A stretch of 64,000 bases of DNA from Octopus sinensis (Eukaryota). The notes beneath the pieces are model-generated. The model worked only from the letters and a program-made list of their open reading frames with translations, was not told where the DNA came from and made no database searches. Made by a program: the position numbers and the translations under genes. This document shows positions 49,296 to 63,281 of the stretch, in pieces (position 1 is the first letter of the stretch; the number at the start of each line of letters is the position of its first letter). Location of the stretch: assembly GCF_006345805.1 (NCBI RefSeq), contig NC_043002.1, forward strand, positions 119,598,001 to 119,662,000. Reading direction: 5' to 3'.

Positions 49296-51523
49296 GTGTG
49301 TGGTGTGTGTGTGTGTGTGTGTGCGTGTGTGTGTGTGTGTGTTAACAGCGTTGATCTACGTGAGCGTCATTGCAGGCACTAAAATGAGATTTTTGTTTAA
49401 AATATTGTTTTCGGTTGTATTGAGGATAATGAATCACCAAGGGCCTTTTCGCGACATAGTCTAAGGTGGGAGCATGACTTTCTCTAGATACCTTTTGTAA
49501 TCTGCACTCAAATTTGACAAGGCAGTGCTGATAATAAGGTTGTCTAGCCGCCGTTGAAGGGTAGGAATGAAGTAAATCTCATATTAGAACAATAATTCCT
49601 GAAAATTCCGTACGAGAAACATTCATCAACTAGCAAGATGCTCTCATCAGATATTTCTCAAATTGAAGAAAATGCTGGATCATGTCGTTCGTGTAGACTC
49701 AGTAAATTTTGGTATGGTGGATGTTCGATGAAGCAAGTCACTTGCAACGGGAAGACTGTGTAATCGTGTACATATGATTCACTTGTTGTTGATCTATTTG
49801 AAGTGGGGTTATCTTGAAGGAAAGTGAGTGTCTTACTCGAGATATCAACTCCGTGCGCGAACACTCCGTGACTAAGCAAGCGACTTCTGTCTGTATATAG
49901 TCTTGTATGTGCACGCAGACTATGTATAAGATAGGTCTAACTCCGTGTCATTTACTTTGTTAGTAAACCATTTACTACTTTGTGAATTCTGTTTTACAAT
50001 TAAACACGGGGCCTACTTAAATGAACAAAAATCTGATGTTATTACAAATGTCTTGTGAGTCAATTTCTATTTTCCTTTAAAGCCTTTTCAAAAGATTTAC
50101 TCTTCATGCATCTGTTGTCCCTTACAACTAAAGCTGTGTAGAGTGTGTAACAAATTTAACGATTCTGGATATTGATAGGATTTCACATATATGTGTTCCG
50201 AATTTAAGCAGTCCTATCAACATATGAAAGCGTTTTCGATTCGAATGAATACAATATCGATCATTGAATTCACACCCGACCAATAAAATAACGACGGCTC
50301 TTTAATTCAGAATCACGTAGTGTGGATCCTTATTTTCAACTGATAATCTAAAGCAAAACAGAGCAATTATTTCATTCAAATGAGTTTATAGTCCTAATAC
50401 ACAACAAACAGTAAAAAATGTAGGAGACAGAGCTCAGCGTGCTTGTTTTCGATATGGAATTAATACCCATCTTCACCTAAGTTTAATTATGTTTATTTTA
50501 AATATAAAATAATTTAATCTACACTGTTCTAAAAATTAATAATCTTTTTATTTGTTAATGAAAGCTCCCTCAATCGACGAAAAATAGCTCTTTCTTTTTT
50601 TGCTCTTCATATTGCTCACTTGTTTGCTGTGATAAGAATGTTTAATGAAAAGTTCATTAGCATAAGTCAACAGACGTACAATTCTAGAAAGGGATTTGCT
50701 CGATTAATCAGTTTTTGATTTTATTGCTTCTAGTTATTATATTTTCGTCTTTTATTTTTACACTTACGCACCAGGCTAATTTCATTAGTGACTATCGGTC
50801 GTCCATATCAGGTTTACACTTTTACCCTCTTTGTTTCATGATTGAAAACAATCGATTGTAATTATGGAAGCGTTGGCCCCAAACATTGATTCGTTTGAAG
50901 AAAGTTTAAGTAAAATTTATCGCATCACTAATATTCAGGCCAATATATTGTCAGTATGTGAAAGCGCTATATCGATAAATGCATGTGTTTTATTTTAATA
51001 AGAAGCCAATTTCCATAAAACATGCACAGGAAAGCGTGAAATTAAAAGAGTACTATAAAAATTAAATCATTAACAATTTTATGAATATAATTTTTCTTTT
51101 TGCTTCTTGAAAATTCGCAAAAGACTATTAAAACATATTTACAGACTTGCGGTAATATTTTTTTTCTGGCGGTAATAAATAGCTTCATGAGAGGGCTTCC
51201 TTCATTACTTTAAAATATCTAAGATTACTTTATGAAAAACTTTGCTACCCTTAGCTGAGCACGCTACCATCATTGTATATCAATACAAGACAAATAGATA
51301 TTAATATATCACAATCCACGCTGTTTTAGAAACGGAAACAAAGCAATAAAAGTCGTTAATATCGGATAATATTTAATATAACGTAAAAGGTAAAGAAAGA
51401 ATAAACCTTTAAAGAGTTTCCTGAAAGAACCAATACTCTAGCTGCATTCATAGTCTACGGTTATTCAATGTATGTATGAATGGAGATACACACACACACA
51501 CACACACACACATATTTGGGATC

Positions 51524-51899
51524 GAAGCACTCCGTCGGTTACGACGATGAGGGTTCCGGTTGATCCGAATCAACGGAACAGCCTGCTCGTGAAATTAACG
51601 TGTAAGTGGTTGAGCACTCCACAGACACGTGCACCCTTAACGTAGTTCTCGGGGATATTCAGCGTGACACAGAGAGTGACAAGGCCGGCCCCTTGGAATA
51701 CAGGTACAACAGAAACAGGAAGTAAGAGTGAGAGAAAGTTGTGGAGAAAGAGTACAGCAGGGATCACCACCATCCCCTGCCGGAGCCTCGTGGAGCTTTT
51801 AGGTGTTTTCGCTCAATAAACACTCACAACGCCCGGTCTGGGAATCGAAACCGCGATCCTATGACCTCGAGTCCGCTGCCCTAACCACTGGGCCATTGT
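51524..51899 (-). mobile_element. SINE group C, full length
   Basis: Reverse complement of the 22375-22760 element. Confidence 0.9.
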
Positions 51900-51900
51900 G

Positions 51901-51936
<36 letters not shown>

Positions 51937-51943
51937 ATATATA

Positions 51944-51995
<52 letters not shown>

Positions 51996-52009
51996 TATAT
52001 AATATATAT

Positions 52010-52063
<54 letters not shown>

Positions 52064-52124
52064 CATATATATATATATATTTTTATATACAAGAGCAATA
52101 AGATTCAAGTTAATTTAAAATTTA

Positions 52125-52710
52125 CTTGAATATGGTACCTAACTTAGATGCACCAAAAAAACTATACTGATTTAACAATACAGTAATGTGGGGTGATTAT
52201 AAGCGAGAAAGAAGCAACAAGAATGGATAGGTTTTTAGTACGATCGTTTCATACAAGGACAGGTTTATTAAAAGTTGCAAAGATTACAGCAATAAACGAG
52301 TCCGTACTCATCAGCTAAAATACATGTAAGTTCTCTAGACATCCTAGTGTTGAGGCTATACTCATGAAGTAATGTAGATAATTAAACAGATTTCTAAAGT
52401 TTATTAAAGTTCCTTAAAGATGATGTATAGTCTTATCACAGAATTTTAAAAAGTTTTGATAGCATCACAAGAAGGTGACCTAATCCATATGAATTTCCAT
52501 TCCATAGATATGATAGGGATTATATACTCACAAAGACAAATTTATCCATTGTTATTAGCATTACAGAGAGGTGAATTAATCCTTTGTATATATGCACAGA
52601 TTCCAATGGTGTAGATGTAAATTTCCAGAGAAATGAGATGAATTTCATATTCACAGGCGATAAATTTTACAATGGTTGAACACAATGAGGTAGGTACCAA
52701 TCCTTGTTAT
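52125..52710 (-). mobile_element. PLE RT C-terminal remnant (Naiad-like motifs) followed directly by an HHR terminal repeat
   Basis: [19 protein letters not shown] and IYGMEIHM..CYQNFLKFC..TIHHL resemble FxxxFRYIDD..NN..F..IYP and YGVYISQL..C..Y.DFL; heavily decayed. Confidence 0.5.
52233..52320 (-). ncRNA. Type I hammerhead ribozyme, canonical core
   Basis: Reverse complement: TTTTAG-CTGATGA-GTAC-GGAC..GTCC-TT-GTAT-GAAAC-GATC-GTA/CTAAAA; 6-bp stem I. Confidence 0.85.
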
Positions 52711-52733
52711 ATATTTATATATTTATATATACA

Positions 52734-52768
<35 letters not shown>

Positions 52769-52773
52769 TATAC

Positions 52774-52830
<57 letters not shown>

Positions 52831-52850
52831 TCATATATATATATATATAA

Positions 52851-52882
<32 letters not shown>

Positions 52883-55057
52883 CTATCTATATATATATAT
52901 ATATATATATATCTAATATATATATATATCAAATGCCACAGACCGTGTTTAGCGTTTTCACTATTTCAGCTGTAAATTTGCGTCTGATACCTCTTAAATC
53001 ATGTAAAAATATTATGTATTATATTAAATCTATCGCGAAATATTTATCTCGATATTTTATAGTGTCGCACACGATATTTAAATAAAACAGCTACTTCAGG
53101 GTCACATTTTCTATCTACTTCTTGGATCTCGTGGAAATATGAAGTAGTCTCAATTCGTTAATGCTTTTTTGCTTATCATTGCAAGCAGAGTCCAAACATG
53201 ATATAATGCAGGCCACAATAAAAGCCATTCTTCTTTAATGAAATTGCTTTTTATTTTTAGTAGCACTTCCAAAAATGTCCTTCCTTTCAATTAGGTGGAT
53301 ATTCAAGGATGTAGTTTTTATAAACAAAAGAATAAAATTATTTGCATCATGAATATAAGGTTCTAATAATCTAGTAAATTTGTTTAAATCATTACCGTTA
53401 AAAACCAAAATATTTTCTAGTTAAAATAACAGTTTTCACCGTATTTTCAATTTGAAATTACTATTACTACACATTTGTGATTTGCCTACAACCGTCCAAG
53501 AATTTATGGACTCACGACAATTGTTTTACACAAGAGCGAAATAAACAACGCATCTATATCAAGCATCTACATCTGAAAGCCCGTTCTCGGCCGACCCAAT
53601 GCTGTATATTGTTTTTACATTAATGCTATATATACCCATTTTTACTAAACAGTAACTATCTACTGGGCAATTTTAACGAATTTTACAGTTGCATGATGGA
53701 TGCAAGTTAGGTGGTCGGCTATTTCCTTCATTCAACTCGTCACATTTGAACCTCTATTATAGGACCAAAATTTATACTAGCTGAGTAATTAATTTAACAC
53801 AATTTTGGAGAAAATTGTAATGTACGAAATTTTCAAATATATACGTATATTATATATGTACATGCATAAGTATATATTTCTATAGGTACTATGCCCAAGT
53901 ATATATATATATATATGATTCACCTTACATTGAAAGTCAACAAAGTTTGATTTAGAAGCGTGGAGACGTATTGAAAGATACAGATAAGAAAATATTATTA
54001 GCATTATCCTGCGTTTGAGAATAAAATTATTTATTTATCTGTACGATAGCGTCTTATAAGGTAGATTTATATATCCTAAAGAGGAGGGAGACAGAGATGA
54101 TGTTGAATTGTTACCAAAAACTTTTTCTATAGAGGTACCTTATCTATTTTTAACTCAGCCAAATCTTTGTTCCCTTTCAGAGTTGCTTACCATTGACGCT
54201 TTATTCCACAAGTCTGAAAAAATTAAATATTACTATATTATAAAATGTTAAGAACCAATTTTGTGTAGTTTTAGGATTACACTTATGTCGATGAGTTTAA
54301 ACAGAGACTGGCACATTGTGTTCATAGTTGTTCCAGACACTTAAGGTTACACTGTCGATTTTCTCAAGCATACAGGCGCAGTCAATAGTTTATTATTAAT
54401 TATATCCTCTTCAGAATTCCTTACGATTGCCGATAGGTTTCTGCTTTCGTATTCACCCACCCAGAGGTAAATTTCACTAAACTAATATTGTATTGTACTC
54501 GGCGTTTAATTTATTCCTCCTTAATTACCGAATTCAAGCCACAGGGTCCTCCGTGTATTGTGTATGTGTGTATGTGTGTATGTGTGTATGTATGTGTATG
54601 TATATGTATATAAATATATATATATATATATAGATATATATGTATGTGTGTGCACATATATATATATACATGCTTATCTCTCTCTCTCTATATGCATAAT
54701 TCACATATACATGAGTAAAGATTCATTACATAACATGAATAAGAATAAAGATTTAATAATCAAAAACATTTAATAAGCTTATATTTCTTGTAAAATATTC
54801 CTTACAACATGTGAACAGGAAATTTAGCTTCGTGACTGTTTCCTGGCTGTATAAATTAGTAGAAGAGTTGTAAGTGTGTGTGAGGGTCGTGGAAGATCGA
54901 ATACTATAGGGCATCTTTAGTCGGGAATCTGTTGTAGTGTTTGTCCAAGGAATGAGAACCTGTTAGTGACAGCTAACACACATATCCACACATTCATCTG
55001 CCATACAAACACTTATTGTGGGTGTTTGATTACACGCACACACACATATAATATATA

Positions 55058-55093
<36 letters not shown>

Positions 55094-55167
55094 AAACATA
55101 TATATACATATACATATATATATGTGTGTGTGTGTGTGTGTATATGTATGTGTGTGTGTTTGTGTGT

Positions 55168-55223
<56 letters not shown>

Positions 55224-55599
55224 TATATATAAATATACGGAGAAGCAAGTTAGTCAAGTTGATATATAAAATTTTTAAATACATTTAATACAAAGAATGT
55301 AGATATGTATGCATATAAAAGAAATCCGACTTGCATAGAATGGAAACGATATATAGTTTTTAAATTATGTTTTTTTTTTTAAATTGTGTAGGACTTTCTT
55401 GGTGCGTTCCACTGACGGTCGAGACAATCCAGTTGCTGAAAGAATTGGGCACTACGAGGTGTTTTCTCTGCAGATAATACCTGCCTCTAATCTACAAACT
55501 ATATAGCTTTTGCTCGGCTGAGCGCTACAGTTAGATAACACTCATAGATAAGCATTTCTCAAGAAAGTCTACAAAAAATATCCCGATCCCACCAAGGGA

Positions 55600-57560
55600 T
55601 ATACACATGGAACTCTTACTACAGAAGACTAATGACCTCATCACTCGAATGATGTTGAGAGCCCTATATTATGGCCTCAAATCTAATCACCCCGAACATT
55701 CTAATGAAAAGGACACTTACAACCTAAAATCCCACAAAACCCCCCTCCAAACCTTGCAATGGCTAATTTTGAGAAAGATCTACATAAGATAAAAAAACAT
55801 TGAATTCTCTAATTATGCTAATTCCTTCCAGAAAGAACTATCCAAAATTACATATAAAATAAGGACTTCACTACACCTGCACTTCTTTTCTGACAAAACT
55901 AGCATCTTTACTCCCTTCCCCTCGAAACATATACTATCAAAGGAACTAAACACAAATTATAAACATGCACATAGAAATGCTCTTAAGGAGGTTAATAAGG
56001 TCCACCGTAAGCTCATTGCTGATCTAATTTACTAACTAGAACTGAACTATATACACCTAAAGCCCACCACTTCACCCTGAAGGACCACAAACCAAATTCT
56101 ACTCTAAGCCTTCCATTAGACTCATTTGCCCCACTAAATGCAACTTAGGTCGTACTAATAAATGCATCATTGCCCGTATTCTACCCATTGTTAGAACTAA
56201 CGTTAAGCTTCCACTTTTCATGATAAACAACACACCTATTTCCTTCAGTTTGACATCTCAAATTATTATTCATCAATATCAGCAATTCTCCTAAATAAAA
56301 CCTTAATCTTTGCCCAAAAATAAGCTCTCATCTCCCGATCGGACTTCAGTATCATTCTGGCCAGGAGTCATCCCTTTGCCAGGTTTATACGGAACCCTGA
56401 TTCACTTTAAGAATAATAATTGGAGACGCAACTCCTCTAATGAGTTCTTCGATATAACCATGGGCGCATTAGATTCAGCCCAGGTTACTGACCATGTTGG
56501 CCAATTCCTTCTCTCCCAAATTAAACAATACTTACACAACCTTTCCGGCGGACTATACAGCGATGACTCACTCTTTTCAATAGCTCGATTACCTCAACCG
56601 TCAGTGGAACGCCACAAGAAAGCCTTACACATACTTTTTAAAAGCTATAATCTGAGTATTTCAATCGAAATTGGCACGAAGGTGGCTAATTTCTTAGACG
56701 TTATTCTCGATTTAAACACAAATCTATACCATCCTTTCCATAAACCTAACCAATCTTTACAATACATAAATGTCCTCTCTAATCACCCTAAACTTACCCT
56801 TAATAGCGTAGTCACAGGTGTATCTATCAGAATCTCTAACTTATCTGCTAACGAAAAATTTTTAACACTCACGCCCCGTATTATAATCAGGCCCTCCAAA
56901 TAAGCGGCTTCCACGAAAAAATCTATTATATCCCTAACACTAAGCTTAAAACTAAAATAACACATCTATTTCCCAATACTAACCCCGAATCTAGAGACAC
57001 TACTTCCACTCTACACTAGTCCAACAACATCCCGCCAAGAAATCCCTACACATCACACGCAACCGCACCACTGGCACCCCACTGAGGTTATAATAACTAC
57101 AAGCCGCATCCTCCTGAACAACCCACGACAGCCACACGCTCCAAACATTCTACGGTCAGGAAGCGAGAAATCTTTTAGTTTGCACCACATTTCTCTCGCT
57201 AAGTTAAATCTCTACCTAAACTCTTCTTTAAAATCATAAGACCACCCTTCCCCCTTGCTCCCGCCTTCCACTTCTACTACTATCACTAGCTTCATTATTA
57301 ACCCTAACCTCAAAATCTATTTTCTCTTCCCACGACCCTCTAGATAAGCTCTCCTTCTTCTAATACACTTAGCGCTCCACAAAATCATTCCACCTTTAAT
57401 CTCCATTCTGTCAATACCTCAAATGTAAAATTCTTCCCTGAAGAGGGAGGCTGGTGGTATCCGATAATTTTGGACTACCAAGCCCCAGAAACATAATGTT
57501 GGACTCGTAAAACTCCTACTCAACGCCCTTAATTCCTGATATCATTTCCATTCCATGTAA
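55600..57560 (+). mobile_element. Decayed PLE (RT, partial linker, HHR terminal repeat)
   Basis: LLLQKTNDLITRM N-terminus; FFDITMGALDSAQVTDHVGQFLL..GGLYSDD..VANFLDVILDL..HKPN..YINVLSNHP RT motifs (56310-56903). Confidence 0.88.
57435..57503 (+). ncRNA. Hammerhead motif with long stem II and a 10.1/11.1 mismatch
   Basis: TCC-CTGAAGA-GGGAGGCT-GGTGGT..ACTACC-AAGCCCC-A-GAAAC-ATAAT-GTT/GGA. Confidence 0.6.
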
Positions 57561-58937
57561 GTAGGACTTCTTTTATTTGTATACATATGTACATATGTAC
57601 AGTGTGTTAATTAATAAATCATTAAAAAAGAATGACTCTCCCCAGATACAATGAAATATGCTTCAACTCACGAATTCACATAAAGAATCTTGCAAACCAA
57701 ATACAAAAACGAAATTTATCATTTTGTATTTTAATGAGGAAACTTGAATCTATACACCTGATTTTCTCGCAGAGAGGTGTGTGAAGTGATCCTAGCTTTA
57801 TTGATTGGCATGTTTTAATTCCCATCTTGAATTATTCTTTTTGCGTATACTAATTAGCAGATAAACCAAGGTTTTGATGTAATTATGCGAATATAGTTTT
57901 ATTCATTACACTGTTCAGTTTTAAAGGTAATTATATTGTTGACTGCAATATTCATATTTTTGTGTATATTTGTGTTTAAAAGGATACTGTAGCATTAATA
58001 CCGATAATGGATTAAGGCCATTGCAACACCTTTATACCGCCACAGCTGTTAATCCACTTCTACTCTATTACAGCAGATATCGGAACATTCTTTGAGAGCT
58101 ATGAATAGCTGTATAGCGATAAACACCAAACGTACCAACTGAACAGGTTGACCGTCGGAATAACAATATAATTATAAACGTATATATATATTTTTGCGGA
58201 ATAGCAATAGCATATAGTGAATATAGTATCAGTAGTGGGAAATCAGATAGTTCTAAATATGAAAGAATAATCATGAAGTATCTGTGGTATTATTGTTGTT
58301 TTAGGAGGAAATATTTAAGAGACCAGTGGAGTGAGAGGTATAGCAATAAATAAACAATTGCTATCATAGCAGATTTTATTCTAGAATTTCCAGTGAAGTA
58401 AGAGCTGTATGAATGTATATGTACGAAAGGTAAAATGTTAAAGTAATAGTTGAGAGACAGATGGGACAATATATATGTAGTATTACTATTTTGAATGCGT
58501 GCTGTGAGATTGTATGAACATTAGCAGTGTAATATGCATGGACAGTCCGTATGTACAACTTTTGAGGAGAGATGTGACAGGATATATATAATAGTAGCTG
58601 TGAAAGGAGGGCTGAGATGGTACATGCATAAAATTAATAGTCAAGTGAGAGCTATGACACAATATTTATAGGAGTTGTATTGTGATTTGTGGCGGCATCT
58701 TAGTACAAATAGTGGGATGGGAGAGATGACAGGATACGCGTGTAGGAAACCGGTCGCTGATATTGCTATGGAAAACTACTCGAGAAGTACAAATGACTCG
58801 AAGGACACAAACTCGCAACCACATATTGACTTTCGACTTGTTTAATTAAATACAGCATGCGACAGAAAAATCCTACTCTTAATTTGATGCATATTGATTA
58901 GTGAAGCTGAAAAGGTTTTAACGGTGTCTTGATGTAG

Positions 58938-59161
58938 CTAATATTTTACCGTTTTTTTTTTCTTTCAGTTACCACCGTAGTTCGGACCGGTGCACTCTAT
59001 GTGTTTGCTGTTGAAACGTTTGTCAACCCATAAAATGTAGGAAGTATTTTTGTTACACTTAGTACCTATAACGACATGCCTCTCCGTTGACGACATTCTC
59101 GGCGGAAGCATGTGGCCAGCTTATTTGTAAAAATCGTCACCTTCATTCCTGTAGGAAAAAT
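58938..59161 (+). other. Strong 3' splice site and candidate (probably non-coding) exon 58969-59161
   Basis: Branch point CTAAT (58938), T-rich tract, TTTCAG acceptor at 58968, possible donor GTATGC at 59162; all three frames are closed. Confidence 0.35.
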
Positions 59162-59189
59162 GTATGCTGCATTATTTTGAATGGAAATC

Positions 59190-59412
59190 ATTTACTCTTT
59201 ACTCTCTCTCTTTTACTTGTTTCAGTCATTTGACTACGGCCATGCTGGAGCACCGCTTTTTAATCGAACAACTCGACCCCGGGACTTATTCTTTTGTAAG
59301 CCCAGTACTTATTCTATCGGTCTCTTTTGCCGAACCGCTAAGTAACGGGGACATAAACACACCAGCATCGGTTGTCAAACAATGCTAGGGGGACAAACAC
59401 AGACACACAAAC

Positions 59413-59443
<31 letters not shown>

Positions 59444-59590
59444 ATATATATATATATATACATATACACGACGGGATTCTTTTAGTTTCCGTCTACCAAA
59501 TCCACTCACAAGGCATTGGTCGGCCCGAGGCTATAGTAGAAGACACTTGCCCAAGATGCCACGCAGTGGGGCTGAACCCGGAACCATGTA
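59190..59590 (-). mobile_element. SINE group A, nearly full length
   Basis: Near-consensus copy. Confidence 0.9.
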
Positions 59591-60122
59591 TCGTCTTCTA
59601 AATGTTTTACGTTCTTGTCCCAGTTTGTATTTTTCTACATATAATATATATATATATATATAAAGAAACCAGACGTTTATATAAATAACTGATAAAGTGT
59701 GGCATTATATTTTCAAAATCATTTCAATATTATTTGTTATTAAATATGACCAAGTGTACAGGGATATGAAATGGTATAAAATAATTAGTTATGTCAGTGA
59801 AGAGAATAAACCTTTACTGCGAATATATACAAATTGCTCTTTCCAGAAGCTTATCGTTACACCATGGCTGTTGCAACAATTTCCTAAAATAGTGTTATAT
59901 GCAAAATGTTGAAATGATAAAAATAAACGGAGAAAATATGTTACGAAACTTCAAAAAAATTGATGTAACGGTAAAAAATAACTAAAAGAAATGACCTTTT
60001 AAACGTGGCATTTTTTAAAAGCTTGTCTTCAAAAGTTGGAAGAAAACTTTTGCTGTTTAACCATCTAACATTTTTAGGCTTTATAATTTGCACTAAACGT
60101 TTAAAGTACACACACACACACA

Positions 60123-60163
<41 letters not shown>

Positions 60164-60769
60164 TAAGTACATGTATATGTGTCTGTGTCTGTGGTGTATA
60201 CGCATGTGTTTATGTACACACACGCGCGCGCACGCACACACGCACGCACACACACACACACACACACAACACACACACACACACAGATGCACAGTCTTTA
60301 AAAGCTAATAACAGTCGCAAACTCAAGAAATTTGGTAATGAAACCGCTGCACTGGATCGCGGCCTCGTAAATAAATAGTTCTGAAATTGTCTTCTGTAAT
60401 GATTCCTTTAAATATTAAAACGTCAAAAAGTTGAAAATAAGAGAGTCATTAAAAGTAGTCAAATGTTAACCTTTTGACATCTGTCCAATAAAGTGTTTAT
60501 TGATGTATTACAAAGTTATTAAATACAATAACAGCAACACAGCTTTGAAGTCGGCGTGTTGTTTTTCGAGAGTGACCGCTTAAATACTTTGATGTGAGGA
60601 AATTTGGCAGAGCAATAGTTAAAATTACAGAATGACAACATATGCACATACATACATATGTACATGCACCAATACACACATACGCGATACACACATTCAT
60701 ACACTTACAAGTATGCGCGTGTATGTCTTGCATGCATTTGCAGTGATGTGTTTAAAATGTTCACTACAC

Positions 60770-61210
60770 AGGCACATGGTTCCGGATCGTTCGCACAATG
60801 TTACAATTCGGGCAAGTGTTTTCTACTGTAGATTCGGGTTGTTCAATTCTTTCTGGGTGAAATCTGGAATTCCATAGACGGAAACTATCGTACATACATA
60901 CAAACTTACATATGTGAGTGTATGTGTGGTGTGTGCGTGTGTTGAGTGTAAATGTATATACATACATGTACATACATGCATACATACATACATACACACA
61001 TAATACATACATATTACTCTTTTACTCTTTTACTTGTTTCAGCCATTTGACTGCGGCCATGCTGGAGCACCGCCTTTAGTCGAGCAACTCGACCCCGGGA
61101 CTTATTCTTTTGTAAGCCCAGTACTTATTCTATCGGTCTCTTTTTGCCGAACCGCTAAGTAACGAGGACATAAACACACCAGCATCGGTTGTCAAGCAAT
61201 GCTAGGGGAC
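60770..61210. mobile_element. SINE group A fragments (+ head 60770-60925; - tail 61015-61210)
   Basis: Consensus motifs in both orientations. Confidence 0.75.
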
Positions 61211-61298
61211 AATCTTAATTTATATAAGTAGCGGAATTATAAGACAGTAATTTCCCTTTATATAACGGTATTTTTTTCATAGCGTTTTTCAGATGGCC

Positions 61299-61361
61299 AG
61301 ATAACCGAAGAGATGGTGTTGTGAATTTCCACTTCGGCATCCGAAAATCAGAGTTTTATCT
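61299..61361 (+). ncRNA. Degenerate hammerhead remnant
   Basis: AGATAA-CCGAAGA-GATG..CATCC-GAAA-ATCAGA-GTT/TTATCT; perfect 6-bp stem I, with U4 and 15.2 mutated. Confidence 0.45.
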
Positions 61362-61382
61362 TGACTATTGAATAATTGTAAC

Positions 61383-61443
<61 letters not shown>

Positions 61444-61617
61444 CAATAATAAATCTCTGAACGAGATGTAAACAGTAACTGCACGACATCGTAAAGTATA
61501 CTAGCCTTCTCAATAACACCCACCCTTAGTGGTTAGCCATATTGAGATGGCTAGTATATATATATATAATATATATATATACGTATGTATGTTTATATAT
61601 ATATATATATATATATA

Positions 61618-61662
<45 letters not shown>

Positions 61663-61894
61663 TATATATATATACGTATGTATGTATATATATATATATA
61701 CATTTGTATATACATGTGTATTACTACTCGTATGTATATATATTTTCATATAAATGTATATATGTACATATATGAAAGTGTGTCAGCTTATTTTTGCAGG
61801 TTTTCGTGCTTCTGTAAATGCCGCCGTTTGAAAGAGTAATCGTCGATGCCAGGCCACATACCCACTTGTGTCAGGTCGACTGGGTCTAAACAGC

Positions 61895-62960
61895 AAAAAA
61901 TTATTTACATTCGCTCCTTTATTAGTTGCCAAGACTGAAGCTGAATTACAATAAATGATACAGTCAAGAAGACACGAAATACGCATGGTCTTTATCTCGA
62001 CTATAAAACAACAAAAGTTATGGTAGTAGGACGAGAGAAAGTAAACGTTAACATGAAACTGGGCAGTGAGAGGTTCAAGTGGGCTGAATTGTATCTTGGA
62101 GCTTAGTTCTCTGCAGAAAACACATGTAAGAAAGAAATTAGGACACGGCTAGCCATGGAAAGTCGGTCCATTGGAAATCTTAATAACATCAGGAGCAACA
62201 AAAGTATCCATCCCAACTAAATATAAAGAAGGACACTGAACAAGTTTCAATAGAATATAATTTATGTACTTGAAATGTGAGTGTGTAGGAGAATGTTACG
62301 AGTCTCTTACAAGTACACTTGGACGAATAAATAGGTGCTACAATAATTAGGTGAAAGATGACAACTCCTGAAGATTGTGACAAAATAAAAGCTCCTCTGC
62401 TATGGCCATATTCGAAAAGTTTGGAAAAAATTATCAGGCACAGGAGTGGCTGTGTGGTAAGTAGCTTGCTTACCAACCACATGGTTCTGGGTTCAGTCCC
62501 ACTGCGTGTCATCTTGGGCTAGTGTCTTCTGCTATAGCCTCGGGCCGACCAATGCCTTGTGGGTGGATTTGGTAGACGGAAACTGAAAGAAGCCCGTCGT
62601 ACATGTATATATATGTATGTGTGAGTATATGTTTTTGTGTCTGTGTTTGTCCCCCCCCCATCGCTTGACAACTGATGCTGGTGTGTTTACGTCCCCGTTA
62701 CTTAGCGGTTCGCCAAAAAGAGACCGATAGAATAAGTACCGGGCTTACAAAGAATAAGTCCCGGGGTCGATTTGCTCGACTAAAGGTGGTGCTCATGCAT
62801 GGCCGCAGTCAAATGACTGAAACAAGTAAAAGAGTAAAAGAGTAAGAGTATCCAAGGAAGAGAGGAGGGTAGTAGATCAAGAAACTGGCACAGAAAGCAA
62901 TTGATGGATAGTAACTCAAGCTGGTTAGACAAATGTGGCAAAGCAACTGGAAAACTTGGG
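61895..62960 (+). mobile_element. RTE LINE RT C-terminal fragment interrupted by a SINE
   Basis: AKTEAELQ..HGLYLDYKTTKVM..YLGA..CKKEIRTRLAM..YGHI..LEKII|QGREEGSRSR. Confidence 0.75.
62437..62850 (+). mobile_element. SINE group A, full length, nested in the RTE fragment
   Basis: Near-consensus copy. Confidence 0.9.
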
Positions 62961-63281
62961 CTTAATCGTGAAAAGTTTCGCTGTTGTGTTATGAATGCGC
63001 TGCAGGCGGATGATCCAAAAGAGACGCGATTTTTCAAATGTCATTTTTATATGGAAAATTCTGAAATTTTATTTCAGCAATGTAAGTGTAAATATTCCAA
63101 GGCATGCCGAGACATAAATTGCATGTAACCTTTCAAATTTTCCTGAAACGTTGAATGCTGTAGGTGGCAGTCGCAAACAATTGTCATAAAAACAAAGATG
63201 CACGTGCATCACGTGGAGGTTATGGGTATAAAAATAAACTTGAACCACGTTCCTGGCGTTCGTATTTCAGACGCATCAAGT

